A program made the translations under genes and the position numbers. A stretch of 59,797 nucleotides of DNA, filler included, from Malassezia furfur (Eukaryota): the NCBI GenBank assembly GCA_052055015.1. It is 8 parts of 8 records of this genome, joined end to end, with 100 filler letters (N's around TTAATTAATTAA, not from the genome) between each part and the next. Parts side by side here need not be neighbours in the genome. Positions count along the whole stretch, not along the records: positions 15,175 to 22,622 come from JBQJIT010000498.1; positions 22,723 to 30,086 come from JBQJIT010000499.1; positions 30,187 to 37,534 come from JBQJIT010000500.1; 5 more parts are not named here. One strand, given 5' to 3'. Shown here piece by piece: positions 21,397 through 33,734 of the stretch; positions within the stretch are counted from its first letter, which is position 1; each line of letters opens with the position of its first letter. The notes under the pieces are model-generated. The model saw only the letters and a program-made list of their open reading frames with translations. It made no database searches and was not told the DNA's origin.

Positions 21397-22206
21397 ATGT
21401 CCCTACTCGCCCCGGTCCGCAGCGCTGGTCTTTTGCGCACTGCCACGCGCACGCCCTGCATTTCGCCGCTGGGCGTGCGTGCATGGTCGTCGCAGACCCC
21501 GCGCCCCTCGTTCACACGCCCCCGCGCGGCGTCCCGCGGTGCGGGGATGCTGGCGCGTCCCTTTACGGCGACGACGGTCGCTGCGTCGCTCTTTGGCTTC
21601 CTGAGCAACCCCCGCGAGATCCTCGGCACGACCGAGACGGGCTCGATCTTGCGTGAGGCGTCGCCTGCCGCGCCGACCAAGCAGCCGTACACGCTCGTCT
21701 TCCTGAGCTCCGACCCGCTGCATGTGAAGCGCAGCCAGTGGCAGTCGTGGATCATGTACTTCCGCGAGGCCGGCTACGACTGCATCGACATGAACGTGTC
21801 GCTGCCCGAGAAGCTGCCCGAGGGTGTCACGCGCGAGGAGCAGCTTGCGCGCGAGGTTGCTGGGCAGGTGCGCCTCGCGTCGCTGCAGCGCCAGCCGGTC
21901 CTTTTCCTGCGCGACAGCGAGGACCAGATCGTCCCGCCGTACCTTGGGCAGGGCGGCCTGTTTGGTCGCCGCGGCCCCATGTCTGGCCTGGTGCTGCTGC
22001 ACCCCGGCAGCGCCGAGCCCGCCGAGAAGGCCGACTGGCCGAACAACACGCCGATCCTCGTCGTGCCGCGCTCGCAGGGCGAGACCGATGCGTGGTCGAG
22101 CGTCGAGGCGTCGGCGCGCAACGCCAAGGTGATGACCGACGAGTGGAACGAAAAGGAGGGTCTCATTAAGGAGGTCGAGCGCTGGCTGCGCAACAGCGGT
22201 CTGTAG
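21397..22206 (+). CDS. Hypothetical protein with mitochondrial presequence-like N-terminus and degenerate alpha/beta-hydrolase-like pattern
   Basis: Arg/Ser-rich, acid-free N-terminus; 'LVFLS', 'WIMYFREAGYDC', 'GLVLLHP', 'PILVV'; no GxSxG. Confidence 0.55.
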   Translation: MSLLAPVRSAGLLRTATRTPCISPLGVRAWSSQTPRPSFTRPRAASRGAGMLARPFTATTVAASLFGFLSNPREILGTTETGSILREASPAAPTKQPYTLVFLSSDPLHVKRSQWQSWIMYFREAGYDCIDMNVSLPEKLPEGVTREEQLAREVAGQVRLASLQRQPVLFLRDSEDQIVPPYLGQGGLFGRRGPMSGLVLLHPGSAEPAEKADWPNNTPILVVPRSQGETDAWSSVEASARNAKVMTDEWNEKEGLIKEVERWLRNSGL

Positions 22207-22622
22207 CTACGGTAGAGACGTATGCCGCGCCGTGTTCAGTCGGTACACCACGCCCTGGGTCAGTGGGGCACGTACGTTTTGCGATACGCGCACGACATGG
22301 TTCGCGGCAAGCAAAGCAATGAGCGCCTTGTTCACCTTGCCGGCAGGCAGGGCGGGGGCATGCGCCACGTCCGCCACTGGGTCAGTACTCGACGTACCGC
22401 GCACGCCTTGGTCGCCCGCCGAGAGCAGCGCAAGGATCACGCCGTGGAGCAGGCGCCGCTGGCCCGCATCGCCATTGCGGTACTCGAGCGGCATGGTATC
22501 AATAATGTCGTCGGCAAACGCCTCGCGCCGGCGCTTGACGGCAAGGGGAATGCGCTTCGGCGCGCGGGCGTCGGCCGTCGAGGCGCCCAGACGCCGGTCG
22601 GTCGAGGCCGCCGGCCGGCCCG
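22207..22622 (-). CDS. C-terminal fragment, probably the basidiomycete-type DASH complex subunit Dam1; introns 22377-22397 and 22255-22275
   Basis: Spliced product IIDTMPLEYRNGD..RRLLHGVI..LPAGKVNKALIALL..GVVYRL matches my recollection of the basidiomycete Dam1 C-terminal extension (not verified). Confidence 0.5.
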
Positions 22623-22722
22623 NNNNNNNNNNNNNNNNNNNNNNNNNNNNNNNNNNNNNNNNNNNNTTAATTAATTAANNNNNNNNNNNNNNNNNNNNNN
22701 NNNNNNNNNNNNNNNNNNNNNN
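22623..22722. other. Artificial contig linker
   Basis: N44-TTAATTAATTAA-N44. Confidence 0.98.
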
Positions 22723-25700
22723 GTGCTGCTTTTGGGCGGCATGGGCTTTGCCTGCCTTGCGCTCGTCCGCGGCGGTGGTGCCGCGCGCCTCGGCGATGGC
22801 GTCGAACAGGCCCGCCTCGAGGGCCATGCCGTAAAAGATGGACTGGTCGTTGCTGAGCAGCGCCTTGGGGGTGTCGAACTCGGCCACGCAGCCGTTTTGC
22901 ATCACCAGTACGCGGTCCGAGTCCAGCACGGTGTTGAGGCGGTGGGCGATGGTGATGGTGGTGCCGTGGAACTCGGAGCGGACGAGCTGCTGGACGAGGT
23001 TGTCCGTCTCGAGGTCGACGCTGCTCGTCGCCTCGTCGAGCACGAGGATTTTGGTGCGGCGCACAAGCGCGCGTGCGATGCACACGAGCTGGCGCTGGCC
23101 CGCCGAGAGGTTCGTCCCGCTCTCGGCGACGAGCTGGTCGAGGCCCGCGGGGTCCTGCTCGACGAGCGAGGCGAGGTGCGCCTGCTGGAGCACACGCAGG
23201 ATCTCTTCGTCGGAGTACTGGTGGAGCGGGTCGAGGTTGTCGCGCAGCGTGCCCTGCCAGAGCTGAGCGTCCTGCGGGATGATGGCGAGCGCGTCGCGCA
23301 GCTCGTGCAGGCCGAGCGTCGCAATGTCCACGCCGTCGATCACAATCTTGCCGTGGACCGCCTCGAGGATGCGGAAGAGCGCGAGGGTGAGCGTCGACTT
23401 GCCCGCGCCGGTGCGTCCCACGACGCCGACGCGCTCGGCGGGCCGCAGCTCGAACGACAGGTCGTGGAGCACGAGCGGGTGGCCGGGGCGGTAGCGCGTG
23501 GCGTACTGCTCAAACGCGATGGCGCCCTGGCTCGGCCACGCGGCGTCTGGGCCATTGGGGAGGAGGAAGGGCGCCTCCTGCGGCAGCTCGGAGTAGTCGA
23601 TCACGCGCTCGACGCTGACGATGTTCTGCTCGACCTCGGACGCGGAGCGCACGGCCCAGTTGAGCGTCTGGGTGGTGGAGAGCACCTGGGAGAGCATCAG
23701 GCCGAGCAGGCCGGCCGAGATGGCGCCGCTCGTCGTCACCATAAACACCGCGGCGGTGCTCGCGAAGAAGATGACCGAGGAGCCGAGCATCTCGATGCGC
23801 ACCGCGAGCCAGCGGTTGCAGGTGATGGCCGGGAAGTAGCACATCTGGTTGCGGTCGACGCGCGCCTCGAAGGCGTCCGTGAAGCTTGCCGTCTTTTCGT
23901 AGGCGCGGATGGTGGTCAGGCCGCCGAGCGACTCCTGGAACCAGGTGAAGAGCGGCGACTTGGACACGGCGTCGATGCGCTTCAGCTCGCGGCTGGACGC
24001 GAGGTAGTAGCGCATCACCGCGCGGTACAGCAGGCCGAGCGGGATCACAAACAGCAGGAACGACGGCACGCTGTACGACACGATGCAGATCACGCTCAGC
24101 ACCACCATGAACGAGCGCACAAAGCCCTGAATGACGCGCGGGAGGGTCTCGTCGATGACGCTCACGTCGCGGCTGAACAGGTTGAGCAGGCGCCCGGTCG
24201 GCGTCGTCTCGAACCACTGCAAGGGGTAGCGCATCACGGCGAGGAACAGGTTGTCGTGGAAGCGGCGTGCGCTCGCGAGCACGAGCCAGACGTACAGGAT
24301 GAACGGCGCCATGCAGAACCCGACCGAGGAGAGCAGGCCGACGCCCGCGTACAGCGTGAGGTAGAAGCGGGCGAGCCCTGCCTGGTCCTCGGGCGGGTGC
24401 GTCTCGTTGGCGGCGCTCCACTGCTTGAGCACGACGTCGCGCGACAGGCTGAACACCTGCGTGAGGACGTGCGCCGCAAAGAAGAGCGCGACGCCGACGA
24501 CGCCCGCGCTCTGGATGTACTGGCGGTACACGGCCCACTTGACGTTGCCCTGCTCCTGCTTCTCCTTGGGGTTCGTCGACTCGCGCAGCTGGCGGATGGT
24601 GTCCACCTTGACCTCGTCCTTGGCGAGCGCGCGCGGGCGCACGAGCGCGTGCTTCGACGCGCGGCGCTGCGCANNNNNNNNNNNNNNNNNNNNNNNNNNN
24701 NNNNNNNNNNNNNNNNNNNNNNNNNNNNNNNNNNNNNNNNNNNNNNNNNNNNNNNNNNNNNNNNNNNNNNNNNGCGAGATGATCTTGTCGCACTCCGACA
24801 GATAGGACACGGCGTTCAGCGTGAGGATCAGGCGGTACACCTCGCCGCGCTGCTGCATCACCTCGTCGTACGTGCCCTGCTCGGCGAGGAGCGCGCCGCT
24901 GCGCAGCGAGATGATCTTGTCGCACTCCGACAGATAGGACACGGCGTTCAGCGTGAGGATGCGCGTGCGTCCGTCGAGCAGGCCGCCCGGACCAATCACG
25001 TGCTTCCACAGGTGCGCGCCGACGTGTGCGTCGACGGCCGCGAGGGGGTCGTCGAGCAGGTAGATGTCGGCGCTCGCGTAGCATGCGCGCGCGAGGGCGA
25101 CGCGCGCGCGCTGCCCGCCGCTGAGGCTCACGCCGCGCTCGCCGATCTCGGTGCGGTCGCCGTCGTTGAACAGGGCCAGGTCGGGCTTCAGCGCGCACGC
25201 AAACAGGCACCGCTCGTAGTGCGCCGCGTCAAACTCGCGGCCGAACAGGATGTTGTCGCGGATGCTCGCGCCCATGCACCAGCCGCCCTGCGAGAAGTAG
25301 GCGGTCTCGCCGTGCACCACGACGGAGCCCTGGCGCACCACCATCTCGCCCAGCACCGCCTGGAGCAGCGACGATTTGCCGTCGCCGACGCGGCCCAGCA
25401 CGCCCACGAGCTCGCCGGGGCGCAGCGCGAGGTTGATGTCGCGCAGCACGGTCGGCTGCGACTCGGACCAGGCGAACGAGGCGTTGCGCAGCTCGATCGT
25501 GTGCTCCGGCGGGGGCGTCTCGGCGCGCGGCCGCTCGGCGTCGTCCGGGAGCGGCACGACCGTCCGGGCGTGCGGGTCGAGCTCGTCGGCGTCGAAGAAG
25601 GACGCGAGGCGGTCGGCGGACACCTGCGTCTGCAGGAACATGCTGACGACGCCCGCGAGCATCGACAGCGGGAAGTTGAGCAGCTGGTACAGCGACAGCG

Positions 25701-27561
25701 CCGGGAACACAATGTCGGCGGTCAGCGGGCGGTCGCTGGTGAGCGAGAAGGCGACAAACGTGCCGAGCGACACGAAGAACGGGATCGCCTGCCAGAAGAA
25801 GTTGAAGCCCGCCGAGGCCATGCCGACGCGCTTGAGCAGCGGCAGCTCTTCGCCGTCGCGCACGTCGAGCAGGCGCGTGGTGAAGGCCTGCTCCCACGCA
25901 AAGAGCTTGATCGACTTGATGTTGAGGATGATCTCGTTCATGATGCGCGTGCGGCGGTCCTTGACCTTCATCATCTTGGCGCTCAGCTTGCGCAGGTAGG
26001 TCGCGAGCACCGTGTTCATCGGCAGCGACACCACCATGATGCCGACGCCCACAAACGCCGACCACCCGAGCAGGTTGTACAGCGAGAAGAAGGCGATCGT
26101 GATCTGGAACACGGCGGACCACAGGATGTGTGCGTACATCACAAAGTCGGGCAGGCGGTTCGCGTCGACGCTCATCAGGTTCACAATGTCGCCCGTGGCG
26201 CGCTGCGCCCGCGCCTCGCTCGAGAGGCGCAGCGACTTGCGGAAGATGGCGCTGACGACGCCCGCGCGCGCGCGCATCCCCGCGACGCTCACGAGCTGGA
26301 AGTACTGGTGCAAACACATGGTCTGCACCACCGCCGTGAAGAAGAGCAAAAAGGCCAGCACGTAGCCACGCAGCGCCGGTCCGCGGGCGTCGGCGTCGTC
26401 GGTCGACTCCCAGTTCTGCACAAAGGCGAGCAGCGCGCGCAGGAGCTGCGGCTGCGTGAACGCGAGCACGTCCTGGAACACCTTGTACACGGCCGCGACC
26501 ATAAACAGCCGGCCGTACGCGCCCAGCAGCGTCGTCCAGAAGCGCGTGCGCCGCGTCTCGGGCAGCGGGCGGCCGGCGAGGGCCACGCGCTCCGTCTTGG
26601 CGTCCCAGATGTGCTGGAACGCGTCGCCGAGCGCCTCGGTGTCCTCGCCGCGGGGCAGCGCCCACATGTCCGCCTCGGTGAGGAAGCGGCGCGCGCCGAG
26701 CGACATCATGGGCTGCATCCACTGGAAGGTGAGCCGCGAGAACAGGTTTGCCGTCTCGACGGGCGACTCGGCGGGCGCATACAGCGGGTCGGGGTGCAGC
26801 GCGTCGGGCGGCGGCACCTCCTGGTCGTCGTTGAGCGCGAGCAGCCCGTCGTCGTCGCCGTCGGGCAGGGCAATCGCGCCCACTTCGCTGTCGATCGGCT
26901 GCGACTCGAGGAAGAGCACGACGACGACGAGCAGCAGGCGCATGCACAGCGGCACGACGAGCAGCAGCTGGATCGCCGACGCCCACGGTGCGAGCTGCGT
27001 GAGCGTGCGCAGGCGCACGGGCGCGGCCACGAGCTGCGTCAGCCAGAGAAGCAAGGCGACGTCGCTCCCGTGCCGGATGCGCAGGTGGTTGGCGTGCTGC
27101 AGGAGCAGCGCGCACACGTACGCGAAGCACACGACGAGCCCCGCGACGATCTGCATGCCGCTCGTCAGCGCGGCGGCCTCGCCCGTGGCGTGCCGGCGCA
27201 GCACGGCCAGGACGGCGACTTCGGCGGCGCCGAGCAGGGCGATGATCGTCGTGATGCCGTCCTTTTCGTGGAGGAGGTGCAGCGACGTCTCGCTGCGCTC
27301 CTGCACGGGCAGGTGGGTGAGGTGCTTCAGCGAAACGAAGGCGAGCACGAGGAAGGCAAGCGCGGGCACGCACCAGAGCATCACTGCCTGGAAGCACGGC
27401 GTGAGGTCAAAGGCGCGTGTCGGCGACATCGGCCCCCATCCCTCGGTGGCGTCGCACAGCCAGGTGCCGCACACGCGCACCTTGGGCGCGTGCGCCCACA
27501 CGGCGAGGCGCCCGGCGCGCAGCAGCGGCTCGTCGAACGACCACCACGACCCGAACTCCAT
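22723..27561 (-). CDS. YCF1: ABCC/MRP-family transporter (Ycf1-like), with internal assembly gap; stop lost at contig end
   Basis: TMD0, two TMDs, Walker A GRVGDGKS and GRTGAGKS, signatures LSGGQ and LSAGQ, LLDDPL and LDEATS. Confidence 0.88.
24674..24773. other. Scaffold gap (100 N) inside the ABC gene
   Basis: N run without the linker 12-mer. Confidence 0.97.
24774..24960. repeat. Exact 55-bp direct repeat (24774-24828 and 24906-24960) at the gap edge
   Basis: ILTLNAVSYLSECDKIIS appears twice in the translation; likely assembly artefact. Confidence 0.85.
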
Positions 27562-27594
27562 GGCCGTTCTCGTCACCCGCCGCCCCTTCGCAGG

Positions 27595-27602
27595 CACGTG
27601 AC
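27595..27602. promoter_or_regulatory. CACGTGAC (reverse complement of GTCACGTG) in the 83-bp divergent promoter YCF1/ACO2
   Basis: Exact motif midway between the divergent ATGs at 27561 and 27645. Confidence 0.55.
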
Positions 27603-27644
27603 TCCGTGGCGTCTGCGGTGCTGACTCGGCTTCCTTCTTCCGCC

Positions 27645-30086
27645 ATGCGAAGGGTCTGGGGCGCGCTGCGTACGCCTGCGGCGCACTTTGCGACGCTCGC
27701 GCATGAGCATCGTGTGCACCCGTCGCGCATGCCACGGTATGCGGAGCTGGTCGACCAGCTGCGCACCGTGCGCCCGCTGCTGAACGACCGCCCGCTGACG
27801 TTCGCGGAGAAGATTGTCTACACGCACCTGCTCGACCCCGCGGCCGACCTGGACGGCGCGGGCGCGGACGCGAGCAAGGTGCGCGGCAAGCGCTACCTCA
27901 AGCTGCGCATCGACCGCCTTGCGATGCAGGACGCGTCGGCGCAGATGGCGCTTCTCCAGTTCATGACGTGCGGCCTGCGCCAGGCGGCGGTGCCGGCGAG
28001 CGTGCACTGCGACCACCTGATCCAGGCGTACGAGGGCGCGAACGCGGACCTGGAGCGCTCGCTCGACCAGCACCACGAGGTGTTTGCGTTCCTTGAGTCG
28101 GCGTGCCGCAAGTACGGCATCGAGTTCTGGCGCCCCGGCTCGGGCATCATCCACCAGATTGTGCTGGAGAACTATGCGGCACCCGGCCTGCTGATGCTCG
28201 GCACCGACTCGCACACCCCGAATGCGTCCGGCATGGGCTGCCTCGCGATCGGTGTGGGCGGCGCGGACGCGGTCGACGCGATGACCGCCACGCCCTGGGA
28301 GCTGCTCGCCCCCAAGGTGCTCAACGTGCACCTCACCGGGCAGCTTTCGCCGTGGTGCTCGGCCAAGGACGTGATCCTCAACATTGCTGGGCGCCTCACG
28401 GTGCGCGGCGGCACGGGCTACATCGTGGAGTACTCGGGCCCCGGCCTTGCGACGCTGCCTGCCACGGGTCTTGCGACGATGGCCAACATGGGTGCCGAGA
28501 TTGGCGCGACCACGAGCGCGTTCCCGTACACGGCCGCGATGGGCCGCTACCTTGCGGCGACGCGCCGTGCGGACGTGGCGCAGCAGGCCGAGCAGGCCGC
28601 GCACGCCGGCCTGCTCACGGCCGACGACGGCGCCGAGTACGACGAGCGGATCGAGATTGATCTGTCGGCGCTGGAGCCGAGCCTGAACGGCCCCTTTACG
28701 CCGGACCTCAACGTGCCGCTCTCGACGTTTGTGGAGCGCGTGCGGAGCGGCACGGCGAACCACCCCAAGGAGCTGTCGGCCGCATTGATCGGCAGCTGCA
28801 CCAACAGCTCGTATGCCGACATGAGCCGCTGTGCGGACCTCGCGCGGCAGGCGACCGACGCCGGCCTGCGTGTCCAGGCGCCGTTCGACGTGACGCCCGG
28901 CAGCGAGCAGGTGCGTGCGACGGTCGAGCGCGACGGCATCGAGGCCGCGCTGACCGACGCCGGCGCGCGTGTGCTGGCGAACGCGTGCGGTCCGTGCATT
29001 GGGCAGTGGAAGCGCACCGAGTGCCAGGGCGAGTCGAACGTGATCCTCACCTCGTTCAACCGCAACTTCCGCGCGCGCAACGACGGCAACCCCCAGACGC
29101 TCAACTTCCTCGCGGCGCCCGAGATTGTCACGGCGTACGCGTTTGCGGGCCGCCTCGACTTTAACCCCACGACGGATGCGCTGCAGAAGCCGGACGGCAC
29201 CGAGTTCCGCTTCCAGCCGCCGCGCTTCGAGGAGCTGCCGAGCGCCGGCTTTGCGCAGGGCGACACGTCGTACCTGCCCACGCCGATGCCTGCGCCGCAG
29301 CCCGAGGTCGAGGTGGCCATCTCGCCCGCGAGCCAGCGCCTCGAGGCGCTGCAGCCGTTCGCCTCGCCGTTCGCGCCCGAGGACACGGCGCAGGGCAAGT
29401 ACGAGCTGCCACCGCTGCGCTGCCTGCTGCGCATCCGCGGCAAGTGCACGACGGACCACATCAGCGCCGCGGGCCCCTGGCTGAAGTACAAGGGGCACCT
29501 GAGCAACCTCGCGGAGAACACGCTGATCGGCGCGTCGAACGACGAGACGGGCAACGTGAACGACGCGGTGGACTACGCGACGAGCGCCTCGGAGGACGCG
29601 CACGACACCATCCCCGGCATGGCCAAGCGCTGGCGCGCGCGCGGCCAGCCGTGGATGATCGTCGCCGACCACAACTACGGCGAGGGCTCCGCGCGTGAGC
29701 ACGCGGCGCTGCAGCCGCGGCTGTTCGGGTGCCACCTCGTGCTGGCGCGCAGCATTGCGCGCATCGCCGAGACGAACCTGCGCAAGCAGGGCGTGCTCAC
29801 GCTGCTGTTTGAGCACGAGGACGACTACCTGAAGATCGGCGGCGGCGACCTCGTCGAGACGGTCAACCTGTCCGAGCTGCTGCGCCCCGACGGCGACCTG
29901 TCGACGGTGGTGCGCGTGCGCGTGACCAAGTTCAACGACGACGGCAGCGTGCGCACCTCGTTTGAGCTGCCGACGCGCCACTCGCTCAGCGCCACGCACC
30001 TCGCCTGGATCCGCGCTGGCTCCGCGCTGAACCTGATCCGTGCGCAGGCGCAGGCACGGGGCGCGCCCGGCGCGCCGGGCGCGTCG
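27645..30086 (+). CDS. ACO2: Mitochondrial aconitase family, Aco2/homocitrate dehydratase type (stop lost at contig end)
   Basis: QDASAQMALLQF (Aco2-type), HCDH, TDSHT, IGSCTNSSY, ANACGPCIGQW, KCTTDHIS, GEGSAREHAAL. Confidence 0.88.
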
Positions 30087-30186
30087 NNNNNNNNNNNNNN
30101 NNNNNNNNNNNNNNNNNNNNNNNNNNNNNNTTAATTAATTAANNNNNNNNNNNNNNNNNNNNNNNNNNNNNNNNNNNNNNNNNNNN
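30087..30186. other. Artificial contig linker
   Basis: N44-TTAATTAATTAA-N44. Confidence 0.98.
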
Positions 30187-31378
30187 GCCGCTGCGGCGCC
30201 GGACGCATCGGCGGGCGCATCGGCGGGCGCATCGGCGGACGCCTGCGCGCCTGCCTCTGCGTCATCACCCGCCTTGTGCGCACGCCGGCGGCGCGGCGTA
30301 GGTACATAGTCGGGCAGCAGGTTGCGCGACGCGCCGCGTCGGATCGCATCGACGCCCGCGTACTCGAGCTGCAGCGACCGGCCCAGAAGCCGGCCGTTGC
30401 GCGGCTCAAGTAGCGCCTGCGTCGCTTCGGTAGTCGACGCAAAGTCGACAAACGCGAACCCTTTGCACTTGCCCGTATCCTCAAACGTGCCCATGCGGAT
30501 TTTCTTGATGCCCGCGCCGGGCGGGTCGGCATCGCGCGTGTCTTCCGGGTCGTTCTCGTGTTCTTGCAGATAGCGCCGCTGTGCAGATCCATCGAGTAGT
30601 TCCCTGATCGCTGCCTCGGTCGTCTCGAAACTCAGGTTGCCCATGAACAGCGTCGGGCCTGCAGGGTTACGCTGCGCCTGAAGGATCTTTTGCGCCGTCT
30701 TGGTCAAGCCGGTACGACCGCCGGACGCGCCATGCACGCCTGTCAGCGCGGTGACGTCCAGCCCCGGTCGCCCAGTATAGTCGCTGCCGCTCTTGATCAG
30801 CAGCCGGCGCCCGGCCAGCTGCTCCTCCGACAGGGCCATGCATGCCTCGACCTGCGCTTGCGACGGCAGATCCACATAGGCAAAGCTACGGTCAGACACA
30901 GGACGTACCCCTTATTGTACTCAAACTTGCGCACGCCCTGCGGCATATGCACGCGGCTAATGCCTTCGATGTCGTGATCACGCAGCCATTCGGTCAGTTG
31001 CTCCTGCGTCGTGGAAAAGGCCAGGTTGCCGATCCACACGCTGTAAGGGCTGCGCTTCGGCCGCGCAGGTGCATTGGGTGCACTCGGTGCACTCGGCGCG
31101 TCAAAGGACTCGTTCGCGCGTGCTTCGGCCTTCTCCATACGGCGCCGCTTTCGGCGCTCCTTGTGCGACAGCGGCGGGTCTTCATCGTCGGCCGCTGGAA
31201 GATCAGTGGGCGCCGATGTCGACGGATCGACGGCCTCAGGCTCCTCATCTGCGGGCGCAGCTGGCACCTCCGAATCGGCCCGTCGCTTCTTCTTGGGCGC
31301 CTCGGCCTCGCGCGCCTGGGCGCGCTCGGCCTTCCGCGCCTTACGCCGCTCTTTGTTGGTCAACTCCTCCTCCGCCAT
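30187..31378 (-). CDS. NOP13: Nucleolar two-RRM protein (Nop13-like), 3'-truncated; intron 30886-30908
   Basis: YSVWIGNLAF, spliced RNP1 NKGFAYVD, GRRLLIK, LFMGNLSF, RMGTFEDTGKCKGFAFVDF. Confidence 0.8.
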
Positions 31379-31434
31379 CTATTCCACAAAAAAAAAAAAC
31401 TCCGCTGCCGTCCTCCACAGTGGAGGTGGGAAGA

Positions 31435-33670
31435 CTACCGAACCGTGCGGCCGCTGCGCCGCCTCGCGTCGTCGGCGGTGACGGCTGGATGCGCCTCGAT
31501 CTCGTCGGCGTTCCACACGGGCTTTCCGCGCAGCTTTCGTGTCTTGCTCGGACTGTCCGCCCTGGGCTGGTATAGGTCCTGCGAGTCGTCCAGCACGTTG
31601 GCCGACCGGGGTGCAAGGACGGGCGAGTCAAAGACGGCACTGTCGTCGCCGGATACGACGATGTCGTCGCTGTCCATACTCGACCGACTTGTCTCGCTGC
31701 GTATATGTGCCCGTGGTGTTGGTGCGGACAGGCGCGCGAACAGGTCGATCTTGCGGTCCGTAAATGCGTCGTTCGCCTCCATCTCGGTCCGCAGCTGCTC
31801 CTCGTAGTAAGTTTGCATCTTCTTGAGCGCATGCTCAAGGTGTGCGGCCATCTCGTCGCGGACCGTCTTTTCAATGACGGTGCACAAGTTTTCTGCACGC
31901 TCACACTGTGTTAGAAAAGCACGTACCCGCTGCCGTAGCCGCTCGTTTTCCTCGAGAAGCATCGTCACGAACGGATCCTCGTCGTCGTCGTCGCTCGACT
32001 CGGCCTGCGTCGAGGCGCTCGCTGCGCGCTGGACAATCGTGTTCGCGGGCTTGCTTGGCGACGCGCTCGGCGCAACGTGAATCCCAACGTCCTTGGCCAT
32101 CGCGCTGAACCGCATCACATTCGTGCTCTCCTCGAAGCCTGTCCCGTATGGATTCACGTTGACGATCATCACCACCGACCCGTCGCCCGTAAAGAACGAC
32201 TGGAAGAGCTCCGTGAGCTTCGAGTGGCGGAACGGAATGATGCTCTGCCGCCGGCGTGGCTTCCCGGGGCCGTCCTGCGGCTCGGGGCGCTCGCGCGGCG
32301 CACAGATCCCGGCACGGATCTGGTTCTTGCGCATGATCTCGAGGCACTGGCCGAGGCACATGAGGCTCTTGTTGATGTTGCCCGCCTCCTTGAGCCGCGG
32401 GCCGCTCGGCACGTCGGTGTTGGCCACGCGCTCGCTGCCCGCCAAGTCAACGATGCTCATGCGCGACACAAAGTACTTGCGGCTCAGCCCCGCAATGTCC
32501 CGGTCGTCGACGTCCACCTGCGTGTGCTCGCGGAGCACCTTGATCGTAAAAACGCTGTGTGAGCGCGAGCTCGCATGGTTCGCCATGGTGCCAAACACGC
32601 TGCGGTTCTCCTGCCCGCGGTACAGCAGCTCTTTGGCCTCGGCAATCGAGTGCACCTTGACCTCTTTGAGGCCGCCAACGTATTTGCCGCCGCTTTCGAC
32701 CTCGCTCTTGAGCAACAAGGGGCGCCGCGCCGCGCCGGGTTCCGCATCCGTGCGCGAGTCGCGCAGCAGCGACGCGGCAGGGGTCGGCTCAAGTAGGTCA
32801 TAGAGCTTCTCGTTGTACACCTCGACGTAGCTGACCCACACGCTGTACCGAAAGGCGTCCGACACCGGCACCGTGGTCGGGTCGACGTCCCAGTGCGGCG
32901 CGGGCGTCGCACGTGCCTTGCCATCACGCAGCAAGCTCTTTACGGGGTCCGACACGCCAGGCTGCACGCCGGAGAGGCCCATGGGCCGGATCTGGGTGAG
33001 ACACTCCACGTACCGCTTTGGTGCACGCCAGGCCGGCGGTCGAGTTGAAGATGACGTCGATCGCGCGCGGCAGGATGCCTGCCTCACCGGCTTGCTGGTT
33101 GCCCTGGACGGTGTACGTCTTGCCCGAGTTGGTCACGCCGTACGTAAACACGAGACTGTTTTTGCCTTGCAGCAAATCGGCAACGAGCGGCAGTGTCGTC
33201 TCCGCGAAAAAGGTCGACTGGCTATCCGCTGACGGCCCCGCACTCTGGAACACGCGCGAAAAAGTGTAGCGCGCAGGCGCAGCCGCCTGCGCGCGCAGCC
33301 GCGACGCGCGCACCGTCGTGTCCGCCGACGGATGCGGCGCCATCACCACGTCGGTGTCCGAGAGCACGTCGAGGGCAAACGATTTAGGTGCGTCGCCATG
33401 CGGGGGACGGATGCGCAGGTATGCCTGGGTGAGGACATGACGTACGTGGATCGGCTCGCTCGACACGCCCAGCTCGGCCAGGCGCGCGACGCTCGACGCG
33501 GACGGCGTGCGCAGCGCCGACATGGGCACGCGGCCCCCAACCGCGCCGTGCAGCGCACGCTTCGTAGGTGACTCGGCACGCGTCTCCTTTTGGGGCGAGG
33601 ATACGCGCGGCATGCGTGCAGGCGTCCGCGCCGCGTTCCGCCGGTCGTTCAGCGCCGCGGCGTGCGACAT
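31435..33670 (-). CDS. Kinesin-6 family motor (Klp9/KIF20-KIF23-like); introns 33425-33445, 32992-33013, 31906-31926
   Basis: AYLRIRP, FTYGVTNSGKT (kinesin-6 P-loop), YVEVYNE, SSRSH, DLAGSE, PFRHSKLTELFQ. Confidence 0.88.
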
Positions 33671-33701
33671 GGCGAACCGTGCGGCGTGTGTTTGCCCCGC
33701 G

Positions 33702-33717
33702 ACGCGTTGGTCACGTG
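33702..33717. promoter_or_regulatory. ACGCGT (MCB-like) plus GTCACGTG in the 64-bp divergent promoter kinesin/ICP55
   Basis: Sequence ACGCGTtgGTCACGTG. Confidence 0.5.
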
Positions 33718-33734
33718 CGTTTGCGAAGACGACG

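Noticed and set aside
24774..24828. Internal duplication of 18 aa in ABC NBD1
   Set aside because: Exact copy sits at the edge of an N gap; most likely a gap-fill or assembly artefact.
22723..29999. Very long antisense and alternate-frame ORFs (e.g. 22723-27624 +, 27573-29999 -; also 2062-3996 + and 41478-43097 + elsewhere)
   Set aside because: Shadow ORFs expected from high GC3 codon usage opposite real genes; no recognisable motifs.
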